The notes: a model not told the origin generated them from the sequence alone. A stretch of 64,000 nt of DNA from Clostridia bacterium (GCA_017516825.1 JAFXBC010000011.1:1513-65512), one strand, 5' to 3'. Positions 18,156 through 28,025 are shown, numbered from the stretch's first letter. Program-made: numbers and translations.

Positions 18156-18806
18156 TCAAAATAATTTTCTGGTCACGTCCCGAATGGGAACGCCGCCCTC
18201 CGGCAGATTCTCCGGGAAGGCTGTGACTGCCGCCAGGGGAAGCCCCGTAAGACGGCAAAGCTCTTCGCAGGAAGCGAAGGAAGCCTCCACGTCCTCTCTC
18301 GTGGTCTCTGCTCCCAGATTGGAGTTGTTGATGATGCCGCAGAACCGCATACGGGAGGATCTTTCGATTTCACGTAGCATTTCCGCCGCGGCACGGGGGT
18401 CGGAGATATAGGGGCGGTAATAGTTATACACGTAGTACATGGAATAGCCGCAGTTTTCGTACTTGTCGTGGTGTACGCCCAGAGCCGTGGCACCGTCCCC
18501 GTCGCCCCCCACGTCGATGACGGCACATTCGTCGGTGACGAATACCGAGCCGTATTCTTTGGGCAGGGAGGGGATGTCCACGTTGGTATTGGCAAATTCC
18601 GGGAGGATGGGGCGCACCCCTGCCTCCTTTAACTGTTTTTCGTTGTCCGCGGAGCGGAAGTAGGGGTTCACGATGTCCAGATCCACCAGACAGCACCTCT
18701 TGCCCTCCTCTGCCAGGGACAGCGCCAGGTTCACGGCAATATTGGTCTTGCCGCAACCGAAATGTCCCGCGATCACGGTGATGCGGTTTTGCAAAAGTCT
18801 TTTCAT
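18156..18806 (-). CDS. P-loop ATPase, MinD/ParA-like (SIMIBI) family
   Basis: Deviant Walker A VIAGHFGCGKTN and VDLD Walker B-like motif. Confidence 0.65.
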   Translation of the reverse strand: MKRLLQNRITVIAGHFGCGKTNIAVNLALSLAEEGKRCCLVDLDIVNPYFRSADNEKQLKEAGVRPILPEFANTNVDIPSLPKEYGSVFVTDECAVIDVGGDGDGATALGVHHDKYENCGYSMYYVYNYYRPYISDPRAAAEMLREIERSSRMRFCGIINNSNLGAETTREDVEASFASCEELCRLTGLPLAAVTAFPENLPEGGVPIRDVTRKLF

Positions 18807-18811
18807 GGGTC

Positions 18812-20029
18812 TTAAAGTCCTCGGATGAGATCCCCGGCCTTGGCGTTTTCTACCCGCAGATAGAAGGCCATGCGGGGATGCTTGGTGTCGTTTATGGGGC
18901 TTCCGTCCTTGTCAAACAGCTCCGTGACGGTGATGTCCCGCCCGGTGGTGCCGGGGGAGAGCAGGTTGGCCCTGTCTCCGATCTGCATTTTGTTGAACTG
19001 CTCGCAAAGGGCAAGCCCCGTTTCGGGGTTATAGTCCTTGACCACCGCCAGAAAGGCGCGGTCCTTCAGATATACGTTATTCCCCACGATGTTGGCGTTT
19101 TCGTGAGGGTTGCCGTAAAAATAGCCGGTGGCGTACTCTCTGTGGGAGACGCTTTCCACCTCCGCCATGTAAGCGGGATCAAAGGGCTTGCCGTCGTAGT
19201 AATCGTCCAGCGCCATGCGGTAGGCGTTGGTCACCGCGGCGGTGTAATAAGCGCTTTTCACTCTGCCCTCGATCTTCAAAGAATCCAATCCTGCCTCGGC
19301 CAGCTCTCCGATATGGTCGATCATACACAGATCCTTGGAGGAGAAGAGATAGGTTCCGTATGCGTCCTGCTCCGCGGAGATCACGTCCTCGGGACGTTTT
19401 TCCTCGTGAACGTAATACTTCCAGCGGCAAGGCTGGGCGCAGGCGCCCCCGTTGGCATCCCTGCCTGCAAAATAGTTGGAAAGCAGACATCTTCCCGAAT
19501 AGGAAACGCACATGGCGCCGTGGACGAAGGCCTCCAGCTCCAATTCCTCGGGAACGTTCTTACGGATGGCCTTGATCTCCGCCAGAGAAAGCTCTCTCGC
19601 CAGCACGATGCGCTTCACTCCCTGGCGGTGCCAGAAGCGGCAGGCGGCGGCGTTCACCGTGCTTGCCTGGGTGGAAAGGTGCAGTTCGGGATTCTTGGCG
19701 TTGGCCTTGATGCAATCCATCACCCCGGGGTCGGAAACGATGTAGGCGTCCGGCTTCAGCTCGTCCGCCTCCGCGATAAAGCGGGGAAGTTCGCCGAACT
19801 CCCCTTCGTGGGGCATGACGTTTACCGTCAGGTACACCTTCCTGCCCTTTTCGTGGGCGTAGGCGATGGCGGAGGCCAGGGATTCTTTTGTAAAGTTATC
19901 CGCCGCACGTCGCATCCCAAACCGCTCCAGGGCGCAATACACCGCGTCCGCACCGTAGTCCACGGCGAAACGGAGCTTTTCGGGATTCCCCGCGGGGGAA
20001 AGGATCTCGGGTTTTGTTCTTTTAGTCAT
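18812..20029 (-). CDS. peptidase U32 family protein (YrrO/TrhP-like)
   Basis: EAFVHGAMCVSYSGRCLLSNYF U32 signature. It sits downstream of mltG, as yrrL-yrrO do in Bacillus. Confidence 0.85.
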   Translation of the reverse strand: MTKRTKPEILSPAGNPEKLRFAVDYGADAVYCALERFGMRRAADNFTKESLASAIAYAHEKGRKVYLTVNVMPHEGEFGELPRFIAEADELKPDAYIVSDPGVMDCIKANAKNPELHLSTQASTVNAAACRFWHRQGVKRIVLARELSLAEIKAIRKNVPEELELEAFVHGAMCVSYSGRCLLSNYFAGRDANGGACAQPCRWKYYVHEEKRPEDVISAEQDAYGTYLFSSKDLCMIDHIGELAEAGLDSLKIEGRVKSAYYTAAVTNAYRMALDDYYDGKPFDPAYMAEVESVSHREYATGYFYGNPHENANIVGNNVYLKDRAFLAVVKDYNPETGLALCEQFNKMQIGDRANLLSPGTTGRDITVTELFDKDGSPINDTKHPRMAFYLRVENAKAGDLIRGL

Positions 20030-21578
20030 TTTCTTCTTTTTCTGCCTTCAAAGCTGCGTTCTCTTGCCGCACCCGCTCCACGTTCTTCAGATGTCCCGGA
20101 AGGGTGGAGGCGTAATAGGTCTGCCCCAGGTCGTTGCTGACGAAGAAGAAGACGTCTATATATTCGCCGTCCTCATCGTAGGGAGGCGAAGGGTAGATGG
20201 CGGCAAGGATAGCGTCCAGACCTGCGTTGCAGATGGCTCCGGGAGGCAGTCCTTGGTTGATATAGGTGTTGTAGGGGCTGGGGAAGCTCTTATCGATCTG
20301 GGAGGCGTCCTGGATGCGGTCCATCCCCGCCAGCTCCAAGGCGTACTGAATGGTGGCGTCGCTTTCCAGCAGGGGGAAGGCCTCCTTGTGGGTGAGACGG
20401 TTGTGGAATACGTAGGAGATATACTCAAAATCCTCCGCCGTCTTGCCCTCCGCCTCCACCATGGAGGCAATGGTCACGATGTCGTCCAGGGTGTAGCCCT
20501 TCTCCTCGCAGAAGGATGCGTAGGTGGTCTTCCAGTCGATCCATACCTTGGAATTGAAGTTGTTCAGTAGCTTGTTGATGGCCAGATATTCCTCGGTATC
20601 GGTATAGAAGTCGTAGGTGTCGGGGTAGAGATAACCCTCCAGACGATAGACGCGGTCGGTATTCCATCCGTTTTCGTCCAGGATCCTCACAAACTCATGC
20701 TTGTAGGGATAGTTGTTGATGGCTTCGATAAACCCTTCCTTTGTGCCCACCCCGTTCTTTACGAACAGATCGATGATCTCGTCCACCGTAAAGCCCTCGG
20801 GGATGGTGAGGGTCACGATCTCACGCACCCGCACGGGAGTGGTGAGAGCCGCAAGAAGCTGGGAATAGTTCATGGAAACGTTCAGCGTATGCTCCCCGGA
20901 AATGAAGACCACTTCCTCGCCGTCTCCGTATTGATCCAGATAAATGGAGAACACCCAATCGTATTCGATGAGCCCGTATTCGTACAGGATCTGCGTGACC
21001 TCCTCCTTGGTGGCGTTTTCCGGCAGGGTGATGGTAATCTCCGCATCTCCCTTCACCAGGGCGAATACGTCGTTGCCGATGGTAAGCACGTAATAGGAAA
21101 GATACGCCGCACAGATCAGCACGATGACGATATACAAGGCTGCCTTCAGCAGGAAGCTCATGCCGGCGATTCCTCGCCACACCTTCCGCAGAAGGTTCAG
21201 CGGGAAGGGGAGGCGAAGCTCGTCCTCCTCGTCCTCTTCCTCCTCGGGGACAGGGGGCTCCTCCTCGGGCAGGGGAGGCTCACCTCCCGAGCTTTCGGAA
21301 AAATGGGAGGAAATACCGATGGCTTCCTCCGAAAGGGAATCCGCAAAATGGTTTTCCACCGCCTCGGGGGAGATCCCGATGGATTCCTCCTCCGACGTCG
21401 GCTCTGCCTGCACGGCGGCTCCGGCGGGAAGCTCCACTCTGGTCTTGGCCTCTACCACCCTGGTTTCGGCGGGGAGAGAGGGCTCCTCCGTTGGGGAGGG
21501 CTTTTCTTTTTTCTTCTTACGGTATTCCGCAAGGATCTCTTCCAATTCTTCGTTTTGGGAGAATCGTCCGTTTTCCAT
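20022..21578 (-). CDS. mltG: endolytic murein transglycosylase MltG (YceG-like) with long acidic N-terminal extension
   Basis: ASMVEAEGK, VFHNRL and SPYNTYINQGLPPGAICNAG motifs. One TM helix follows a ~125-aa E/P/S-rich leader. Confidence 0.85.
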   Translation of the reverse strand: MENGRFSQNEELEEILAEYRKKKKEKPSPTEEPSLPAETRVVEAKTRVELPAGAAVQAEPTSEEESIGISPEAVENHFADSLSEEAIGISSHFSESSGGEPPLPEEEPPVPEEEEDEEDELRLPFPLNLLRKVWRGIAGMSFLLKAALYIVIVLICAAYLSYYVLTIGNDVFALVKGDAEITITLPENATKEEVTQILYEYGLIEYDWVFSIYLDQYGDGEEVVFISGEHTLNVSMNYSQLLAALTTPVRVREIVTLTIPEGFTVDEIIDLFVKNGVGTKEGFIEAINNYPYKHEFVRILDENGWNTDRVYRLEGYLYPDTYDFYTDTEEYLAINKLLNNFNSKVWIDWKTTYASFCEEKGYTLDDIVTIASMVEAEGKTAEDFEYISYVFHNRLTHKEAFPLLESDATIQYALELAGMDRIQDASQIDKSFPSPYNTYINQGLPPGAICNAGLDAILAAIYPSPPYDEDGEYIDVFFFVSNDLGQTYYASTLPGHLKNVERVRQENAALKAEKEEND

Positions 21579-21590
21579 TGGGATCCCTCC

Positions 21591-22517
21591 TTATTGGATG
21601 ACCGTGATCAAAAAGAACACGGCGATTAACACGAGAAAGCCGGGGGACAGGAACACCTTCGCCAGATGGGTGCGGTTCTTGGGTGGTAGGGCCTGGTCCG
21701 GAGGTTCCTGGGCGAATCTGAGATACTGAAGCTCCACGCAGTACAGGAATAAAAACAACGCTGCGCCGAACAGGATCGCCAGCAAAAAGCCTACGAAGAA
21801 GGCGCCGTTCTTCTGCATGATGATGTTCAAAAACTGGTCGGAGGTGAACACGCTGAGGGCGTTGTTCAACAGATGCAGCAGCATAGCGGGGATCACCGAG
21901 CGGGAGGCGGAGGTGATCACACCCAGCAGAATGCCTACGAACAGATACACGGGGAAGTTGGTCACGGAAAAATGAAGCATGGCGAAGCAGACGGCGGAGA
22001 ACAGAATGGCGTTCCCCTGGCCCATGGAACGATATTCCGCCAGGATCACCCCGCGGAACAGCAATTCTTCGCACACCGCGGGGACGATCACCATAGATAA
22101 CAGCACTCCGGCAAAGGGAAGCTCTCCCTCTCCCACGGAAAGGCCCTCAAAGAAGGCGGGGGTGGAGACGGATTGCTCCGCCACGGCACGGTAGAAATAC
22201 GTGATCAGCAGGTTTCCCAGGATCAGCACGCATCCGCCGAACAGCGTCAGGGGGATATGGCGCATCTTCATGGGGGAGACCGGCATGGGGGTGGCCAGCT
22301 TCCGCTTCTTCAAAAGGTAATACAGCATACAGGGCACCAACAGCACTAGGATCTGTACCAGAGAAATGCTCATAAACAGATCCGAAACGTCGGTGGCCTC
22401 CGCCAACAGAAAGCGGGAAAAATGCATGGCGGCAAGGACGAACAGCACCAGCAGGGGTGCCGTGAGATGGGGCTGATTCCAGCGCACTCTTTTTTCTGCA
22501 GAGGGAATGCTTTCCAT
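21591..22517 (-). CDS. CPBP (CAAX) family intramembrane glutamic endopeptidase
   Basis: CEELLFRG, FAMLH and LLHLLNN motifs in a multi-TM protein. Confidence 0.85.
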   Translation of the reverse strand: MESIPSAEKRVRWNQPHLTAPLLVLFVLAAMHFSRFLLAEATDVSDLFMSISLVQILVLLVPCMLYYLLKKRKLATPMPVSPMKMRHIPLTLFGGCVLILGNLLITYFYRAVAEQSVSTPAFFEGLSVGEGELPFAGVLLSMVIVPAVCEELLFRGVILAEYRSMGQGNAILFSAVCFAMLHFSVTNFPVYLFVGILLGVITSASRSVIPAMLLHLLNNALSVFTSDQFLNIIMQKNGAFFVGFLLAILFGAALFLFLYCVELQYLRFAQEPPDQALPPKNRTHLAKVFLSPGFLVLIAVFFLITVIQ

Positions 22518-22556
22518 AATACCCTTGTCCTTTCCGTCGTTTTTTTGAAAAATACC

Positions 22557-23105
22557 TTACGCGTAACGGGTCTGCTCCTTCAGCACGGTTGCCGTCTCAA
22601 AGCCGAACAGCAATTCCACCAGGCGGAACCCGAATTCAAAGGAAACGCCCATGCCCTCGGCGGTGACGAAGATGTCGTCGTGCTCCACCTTCTTGCCGGT
22701 GCGGGTGCCTCCGGAGATCTCTTTTTCAAAGCCGGGATAGCAGGCGTACCGTCTGCCCTCTAGCAGACCCATCTTCCCCAGGATGGAGGGGGCGGCACAG
22801 ATGGCGGCAACGTAAATACCGTTTTCCACGGCGTACTGCACCAAAGCCCGTACGGCAAAGCTGTCGCAAAGGGCTTCCGTGCCCTTCAGCCCGCCGGGGA
22901 GCATCACGCAGTTCAAATCGGTTTTGTCCAGACGATCCAGAGATACGTCGGTGCGGAAGGTAATGCCGTGGGCACCGGTGACGTATTCCTTGCCGTGGGC
23001 GGAGACCAGAACCACGTCTCCTCCTGCACGGCGCAAAAGGTCTGCAGGCACCAACGCTTCCGCTTCTTCAAATCCATCTGCCAACAAGATCGCGATCTTT
23101 ACCAT
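22557..23105 (-). CDS. DJ-1/PfpI family protein
   Basis: VAAICAAPSILG nucleophile-elbow Cys motif, 182 aa. Confidence 0.85.
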   Translation of the reverse strand: MVKIAILLADGFEEAEALVPADLLRRAGGDVVLVSAHGKEYVTGAHGITFRTDVSLDRLDKTDLNCVMLPGGLKGTEALCDSFAVRALVQYAVENGIYVAAICAAPSILGKMGLLEGRRYACYPGFEKEISGGTRTGKKVEHDDIFVTAEGMGVSFEFGFRLVELLFGFETATVLKEQTRYA

Positions 23106-23126
23106 AGGGAAATACCTCGTTTCTTT

Positions 23127-23813
23127 TTAGTCGGAGAGCAGGGCTTCCACAGCACGGAGGATCTCTTTATGGATGTCCTCCCGGGTGCGAAGCGCCGTGC
23201 CTCTTGCACAGTCTATCTTTTTCCAGCCCAGCTTTTCAGCGGAATACAGCGCCGCCTTGTAGCTGTCGGACAAATGCCGCTTGTCATTCTCGTGGATATC
23301 CGTTTCCCGCCCGGTTTGGGAGGAGCGGCTTTTGATGAGCGCTTCCGAGACCTCCGGCGGTACGCACAGGTACAGCACCAGATCGGGCACAGGCAGACCC
23401 ATCTTCCCGTATTCCAGGTCGAACAGCCATTCCAGGAATCCGTCGTAGTCCTCTGCGGGAAGCTTGGAAAGCTGATGCACCGCGTTGGCGGTGGTGTAGC
23501 GGTTGGCCAGGATCACCGTTCCCGCTTCGTAGTCCTTTTTCCAATCCAGCATGTAGGAGCAGTAGCGATCCACCCCGTAGAACACCGAGGCGGCGTAACC
23601 GTTCACCGCGTGGGGATCGTTGCCGAAGGCACCGCCCAGATACAGCTTCACTGCGGCACTCATCTTCTCGTCGTAGGTGGGGAAGGACACGGAACGGCAG
23701 GGGATGCCCTTTGCCTTCAAGGCCTCCTCCAGCAAACGGGTCTGGGTCTCTTTGCCCGAACCGTCCAGCCCGTCCAGGGCGATGAGGATGCCTTTTTTGC
23801 TTTGCTTTTCCAT
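23127..23813 (-). CDS. tmk: thymidylate kinase family protein
   Basis: P-loop ILIALDGLDGSGKETQ and NRYTTAN. Somewhat longer than classical Tmk, so the symbol is tentative. Confidence 0.65.
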   Translation of the reverse strand: MEKQSKKGILIALDGLDGSGKETQTRLLEEALKAKGIPCRSVSFPTYDEKMSAAVKLYLGGAFGNDPHAVNGYAASVFYGVDRYCSYMLDWKKDYEAGTVILANRYTTANAVHQLSKLPAEDYDGFLEWLFDLEYGKMGLPVPDLVLYLCVPPEVSEALIKSRSSQTGRETDIHENDKRHLSDSYKAALYSAEKLGWKKIDCARGTALRTREDIHKEILRAVEALLSD

Positions 23814-23856
23814 GGAACCTTTCCACCTCCGAAAGAAAACACTTCTTTAGTATAGT

Positions 23857-23885
23857 ATTATACCACTTTACGGTGGAGATTGCAA
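23857..23885 (-). promoter_or_regulatory. sigma-A-type promoter TTGCAA-N17-(TGg)TATAAT (minus strand)
   Basis: Reverse complement of 23857-23885 reads TTGCAA-17 nt-TATAAT. It would head the 16-gene minus-strand array. Confidence 0.55.
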
Positions 23886-23911
23886 GGGTTTGATGGAAAA
23901 ATTCAAAATAC

Positions 23912-23947
23912 CGCAACAAAAAACAGCGCCGCAATTCGCGACGCTGT
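23912..23947 (-). terminator. intrinsic terminator of the CapA-like gene
   Basis: Hairpin 23923-23947 (ACAGCGcCGC / GCGaCGCTGT), followed on the minus strand by TTTTTGTTG. Confidence 0.6.
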
Positions 23948-23953
23948 CTGTCT

Positions 23954-25369
23954 TTAACGGTATTCCTCGGGTAAAAACTCCGCGGGGATGACGGACTGAA
24001 CGGTTTTGTAAAGGTTCTCAATGGAGAACTTCCCGCCCTTGAGCGTTGTGGTACCCTTCTTCTTTTCGTACCAGGTCACACCGCTGGCCTTTACCAGCTC
24101 CTCGGTGTAATCCTTCAACTCGTAGATCTTAAAGTTGCGGTAGCCCGTATCCTTTTCGCCGTCTGCGCTTTCCTTGGTGTAGTGAAGCACCACGGGGGTG
24201 AGAATGGGATTCTCGATGGTGATCTCCCCGGTCTCGGCGCTCTTGCGTACGTCAAAGGAGAGCATACCCTCCAGCACGTTCAAGGCGTTTTGCATTCCGG
24301 AAACGAAGTTGCCCAGGGAGTAGGTCAACAGCATTTTATGACCGGTGATGTCGTTGGTCACCCATTTCATAGGCTGTAAGCAATGGGAATGGGTACCGAT
24401 GACCACGTCCACCTCCAGCTCACAGAACAACTCGGCATAATTTCTCTGCTCCTGGTTCTGGGTGTAGCTGTCCTCGTAGCCCCAGTGAGCGGAGACGATC
24501 ACCACGTCTGCCAAGGCGTGGGCCAGACCCACCTGACGGCGGATCAGCTCCTCGTCCAGATAGGGAATATAGGTCTCGGAATAACACTGAATGCCGTTGG
24601 TGGCGTAGGTGTAGGTGAGCAGAGCGAAGGTGATGCCCTCTTTCTCGTAAATCACGATATTGTTGGTGTCTGCCTCGTCCTTGTAATAGCCCAGAGGGGT
24701 CATCCCCAAGGACTTGTAGTAGGGGTCGGAATACTTCAACAGCTTATCGTTGCCGGAATCCAGCATATGGTTGTGGGCCATGTTGATAATGTCCACGCCC
24801 AGGGTTGCCAGATCTCTCGCCACCGCTATGGGGGTATTGAACTGGGGATATCCGTCGATCTTGGTGCCGGGGCCTCCGGAGAGGGTCTCCTGGTTGATGA
24901 AGCAGATGTCTGCGTTCTTCATGGTATCCGCCACGTATTCGTAAATGGGCAGGAAGTCGTAGTCCATCTCGTTGGTGGGCCAGGTCTTGTAATCCACCTT
25001 GGTGCCGTGGGCGGCGGCGTAATACTCCATCCCCGCGTAATACACGGAGGGGTGGATCAGGTTGTCCCCGCAGGCCACGAAGCTGACCACCGCATCCACG
25101 GGATCCTCGGGCAGGACGATGATGTCGGGGGCGCTGGATTCTCCCTCGCTTTCCTCCGGCAGAGAGATATCCTCGGGTGCGGAGCTTTCTTCATCGGGTA
25201 GGGAGATGGTCTCGGAGCTTTCGGGAGAGACGTCATCCGAGGAAGCGGTGCTTTCCGCAAAGGATTCGGTGGATTCTCCCCCCAGGGGATCTACGAAGGA
25301 ACAGCCGCAGCAAAGCACCAGAATGCAAAGCAGGCAGGCGGTCAGACGCTTAAAAGGGAACATAATCAA
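23954..25369 (-). CDS. CapA/PGA_cap family metallophosphatase-like lipoprotein
   Basis: Lipobox LCCGCS, acidic S/E linker, then VACGDNLIH, NMAHNHMLD, SAHWGYEDS and VIGTHSHCLQP. Confidence 0.8.
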   Translation of the reverse strand: MIMFPFKRLTACLLCILVLCCGCSFVDPLGGESTESFAESTASSDDVSPESSETISLPDEESSAPEDISLPEESEGESSAPDIIVLPEDPVDAVVSFVACGDNLIHPSVYYAGMEYYAAAHGTKVDYKTWPTNEMDYDFLPIYEYVADTMKNADICFINQETLSGGPGTKIDGYPQFNTPIAVARDLATLGVDIINMAHNHMLDSGNDKLLKYSDPYYKSLGMTPLGYYKDEADTNNIVIYEKEGITFALLTYTYATNGIQCYSETYIPYLDEELIRRQVGLAHALADVVIVSAHWGYEDSYTQNQEQRNYAELFCELEVDVVIGTHSHCLQPMKWVTNDITGHKMLLTYSLGNFVSGMQNALNVLEGMLSFDVRKSAETGEITIENPILTPVVLHYTKESADGEKDTGYRNFKIYELKDYTEELVKASGVTWYEKKKGTTTLKGGKFSIENLYKTVQSVIPAEFLPEEYR

Positions 25370-25405
25370 AACCTCAAACTGCAGGGTTATTTTGCTTGGA
25401 AAAAC

Positions 25406-25434
25406 AGTATACCAGTATTTCTATGGAATGTCAA
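25406..25434 (-). promoter_or_regulatory. sigma-A-type promoter TTGACA-N17-TATACT (minus strand)
   Basis: Reverse complement reads TTGACA-17 nt-TATACT, immediately downstream of the hflX stop and upstream of the CapA-like gene. Confidence 0.5.
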
Positions 25435-25438
25435 GGGA

Positions 25439-26710
25439 TTATTCTTGGACAAATTGTGAAAACATTCCCTGGGCGCGGCTGTCGCAAAGGGCGGTGATCA
25501 CCGTGCCGTTTTCCGTGTATTCGGTATCGTGGACCGTGGCAAAGCGATACACCTCCGCCGCCTTCCCCGCCTGAGCGTGGGAGAAGAACAGCTTCAGGAT
25601 CTTTTTACCCCCGTTCACCGTTTCCTCCAGCTTGTCCAGTAAAGCCTCGATCCCCGTGCCGGTAGCAGCGGAGATCTCCAAAGCGTTCCCGGGGAACAGT
25701 CCCTTGTCGGCGTCGGAGACCAGGTCGGTCTTGTTGTATACTTCAAGAATGGGTTTGTCTCCCGCACCCAATTCGCCGATCAGCTTTTCCGTCACGGCGC
25801 GCTTGCGGGTGCGTTCTCCCGCCTCCTCACTGCCGTCGGTGAGGCAGAGGATCACGTCGCAGTAGGTCAATTCCTCCAAGGTGGAGCGGAAGGCTCTCAC
25901 CAGATGGGTGGGCAGACGGTCGATGAAGCCTACGGTGTCCGTCAACAGCACCTCCGTACCCCCGGGCAGGGTGAGCCTGCGGGTGGTGGGATCCAGGGTG
26001 GCGAACAGCTTGTCCTCCGCCAGAATGCCCGCGTCGGTGAGCCTGTTCAGCAGGGTGGATTTCCCCGCGTTGGTGTAGCCGATGATGGCCACGGTGGCCA
26101 GCCCCGACCGCATTCGTTGGGAGCGCTTGATGCCTCTGGTGCGTTCCAGCTCGTCCAGCTCCGCCTCCAGGGCCTCGATACGGCGGCGGATGTGACGGCG
26201 GTCGCTTTCCAGCTTGCTCTCACCGGGACCTCTGCTGCCGATGCCGCCGCCCTGACGGGAGAGCATCTTGCCCTTGCCCACCAAACGGGGCGCGGTATAC
26301 CGCAGACAGGCGATCTCCACCTGGAGCTTTCCTTCCCCCGTGACGGCGTGCAGGGCGAAAATATCCAGAATCAGCATGGTGCGGTCGATGACGCGGATGC
26401 CCACGATCTCTTCCACCGCGGCGATCTGGGAGGGGGAAAGCTCGTTGTCAAACACCGCAAGGGTGATGGTGGGGTCGGCCTTCACCAGCTCCGCCACCTC
26501 CTCGCATTTACCGCTTCCGATATAGGTAGCCTTGTCGGGATGGGGTCTGTTCTGGATCACCGTGGCGGCTACCTCGCCTCCCGCGGTATCCAACAGCCGC
26601 TCCAATTCCGCCAGGGAGTTTTCGCATTCCGCGTCCTCTCTCCCCAGAGAAACGGCGATGAGTACCGCACGGGTGATCTCTTCTTTTTGTATGATGTTGG
26701 GTTCTGCCAT
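25439..26710 (-). CDS. hflX: GTPase HflX
   Basis: IIGYTNAGKSTLLNRLT (G1) and DTVGFI (G3). ATG 26710 (MAEPNIIQ) has an AAAGGAG RBS; the track ORF extends to 26767. Confidence 0.9.
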   Translation of the reverse strand: MAEPNIIQKEEITRAVLIAVSLGREDAECENSLAELERLLDTAGGEVAATVIQNRPHPDKATYIGSGKCEEVAELVKADPTITLAVFDNELSPSQIAAVEEIVGIRVIDRTMLILDIFALHAVTGEGKLQVEIACLRYTAPRLVGKGKMLSRQGGGIGSRGPGESKLESDRRHIRRRIEALEAELDELERTRGIKRSQRMRSGLATVAIIGYTNAGKSTLLNRLTDAGILAEDKLFATLDPTTRRLTLPGGTEVLLTDTVGFIDRLPTHLVRAFRSTLEELTYCDVILCLTDGSEEAGERTRKRAVTEKLIGELGAGDKPILEVYNKTDLVSDADKGLFPGNALEISAATGTGIEALLDKLEETVNGGKKILKLFFSHAQAGKAAEVYRFATVHDTEYTENGTVITALCDSRAQGMFSQFVQE

Positions 26711-26793
26711 AAGGAACTCCTTTCGTCTTGGCAAAAAATAACGGCGCACAAATCCTGTGCGCCGCAATCTTGTTGCTACTGTAATGGGGGAAC

Positions 26794-26994
26794 TTACTTC
26801 AGGTTAAACTTCTTCTTGAACTTGTCAACACGTCCGCCGGCGTCAACAAACTTCTGCTTACCGGTGAAGAACGGATGGCACTTAGAGCAGATATCAACCT
26901 TCAGGTTCTCCTTAACGGACTTGGTGGCGTACACCGCACCGCAAGCGCAAGTGATGGTCGTGTTCTTGTAATCGGGATGGATGCCCTGCTTCAT
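26794..26994 (-). CDS. rpmE: 50S ribosomal protein L31 (Cys-containing, zinc-type)
   Basis: [10 protein letters not shown]...CACG...[16 protein letters not shown]. True start is 26994; the track ORF is 5'-extended. Confidence 0.95.
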   Translation of the reverse strand: MKQGIHPDYKNTTITCACGAVYATKSVKENLKVDICSKCHPFFTGKQKFVDAGGRVDKFKKKFNLK

Positions 26995-27066
26995 GATGGA
27001 ATTCCTCGCTTTCTTCTTGGACCCGACATTTCCGGCGCCGGATCGATCAAATTTCATACGGGCGTC

Positions 27067-27095
27067 ATTATAACACACAATTTTTCAAAAATCAA
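27067..27095 (-). promoter_or_regulatory. sigma-A-type promoter TTGATT-N17-(TGt)TATAAT for rpmE (minus strand)
   Basis: Reverse complement of 27067-27095; leaves a ~70-nt leader. Confidence 0.55.
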
Positions 27096-27186
27096 TACCT
27101 TTTTTTGATTTTTTTGAAATTTTGCTTGCTTTTTTTCTCCCGATGGAGTATGATGAAGAAAACCTACGATAAAGGAAGTGTATTTT

Positions 27187-28023
27187 ATGAAACTGACATA
27201 CTTGGGCACCGCCGCCGCAGAGGGCTGGCCCGCATTGTTCTGCCGTTGCGAATACTGCGTGAAGGCGTTGGAAAGAGGGGGCAAGAACCTCCGCAGCCGT
27301 TCCCAGGCCTTGGTGAACGACGATCTGCTCATCGATTTTCCCGCAGATTCCTTCTCCCATATGCAACAGAACGGGCTGAACTTCTCCGCCGTGAAGGATC
27401 TGCTCATCACCCATTCCCACATGGATCATTTTTCTCCCACGGATCTCCATCTCCGTTCCACCAGCTACTACGCCCACAACCTCACCACCCCTCATCTGAC
27501 CTTGCACGGCAACGAGCGGGTGATGAAGCTGTTGGAAAGAGAACGGATCACCCGTGAGGAGGAGCCCAACGATACCGGCATCACCGCCGTGTTGGTGGAG
27601 GCCTACAAGCCCTTCACCGCAGGGAAGTACCGGGTCACCGCTCTGCCCGCCTTCCACGCCATGAACGAGAAGGCCTTCGTCTACCTCATCGAGGACGGGG
27701 AAAAGACCTTGCTGTACCTCCACGACACCGGGGAGCTGTTCGACGAGGTGTACGAGTATCTTGCCGCCAACAAGGTGAAGGCGGATCTCATTTCCTACGA
27801 CTGTACCTACGTGGCTCTGCCCTCCGGCGGCGGCCACATGGGGCTGGATTCCTGCCCCAAGGTACGGGCAAGATTGGCATCCATCGGCGTTGCCCACGAG
27901 AACACCGTCCACGTCATCAACCACTTCTCCCATAACGGCAAGCTGATCCACGACGAGCTGGAGCCTGCCGCAAAGGATCTGGGCTTCTTGACCTCCTACG
28001 ACGGCATGGTGGTGGAATTCTGA
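27187..28023 (+). CDS. MBL-fold metallo-hydrolase
   Basis: LITHSHMDHF (HxHxDH). AAGGAAG RBS before ATG 27187. Confidence 0.8.
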   Translation: MKLTYLGTAAAEGWPALFCRCEYCVKALERGGKNLRSRSQALVNDDLLIDFPADSFSHMQQNGLNFSAVKDLLITHSHMDHFSPTDLHLRSTSYYAHNLTTPHLTLHGNERVMKLLERERITREEEPNDTGITAVLVEAYKPFTAGKYRVTALPAFHAMNEKAFVYLIEDGEKTLLYLHDTGELFDEVYEYLAANKVKADLISYDCTYVALPSGGGHMGLDSCPKVRARLASIGVAHENTVHVINHFSHNGKLIHDELEPAAKDLGFLTSYDGMVVEF

Positions 28024-28025
28024 AG

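Noticed and set aside
27000-27190. Global gene-orientation switch (minus block left, plus block right) at ~27.1 kb as a replication origin.
   Set aside because: No dnaA/dnaN genes, no cluster of TTATCCACA-like DnaA boxes, and no AT-rich unwinding element beyond two ordinary divergent promoters.
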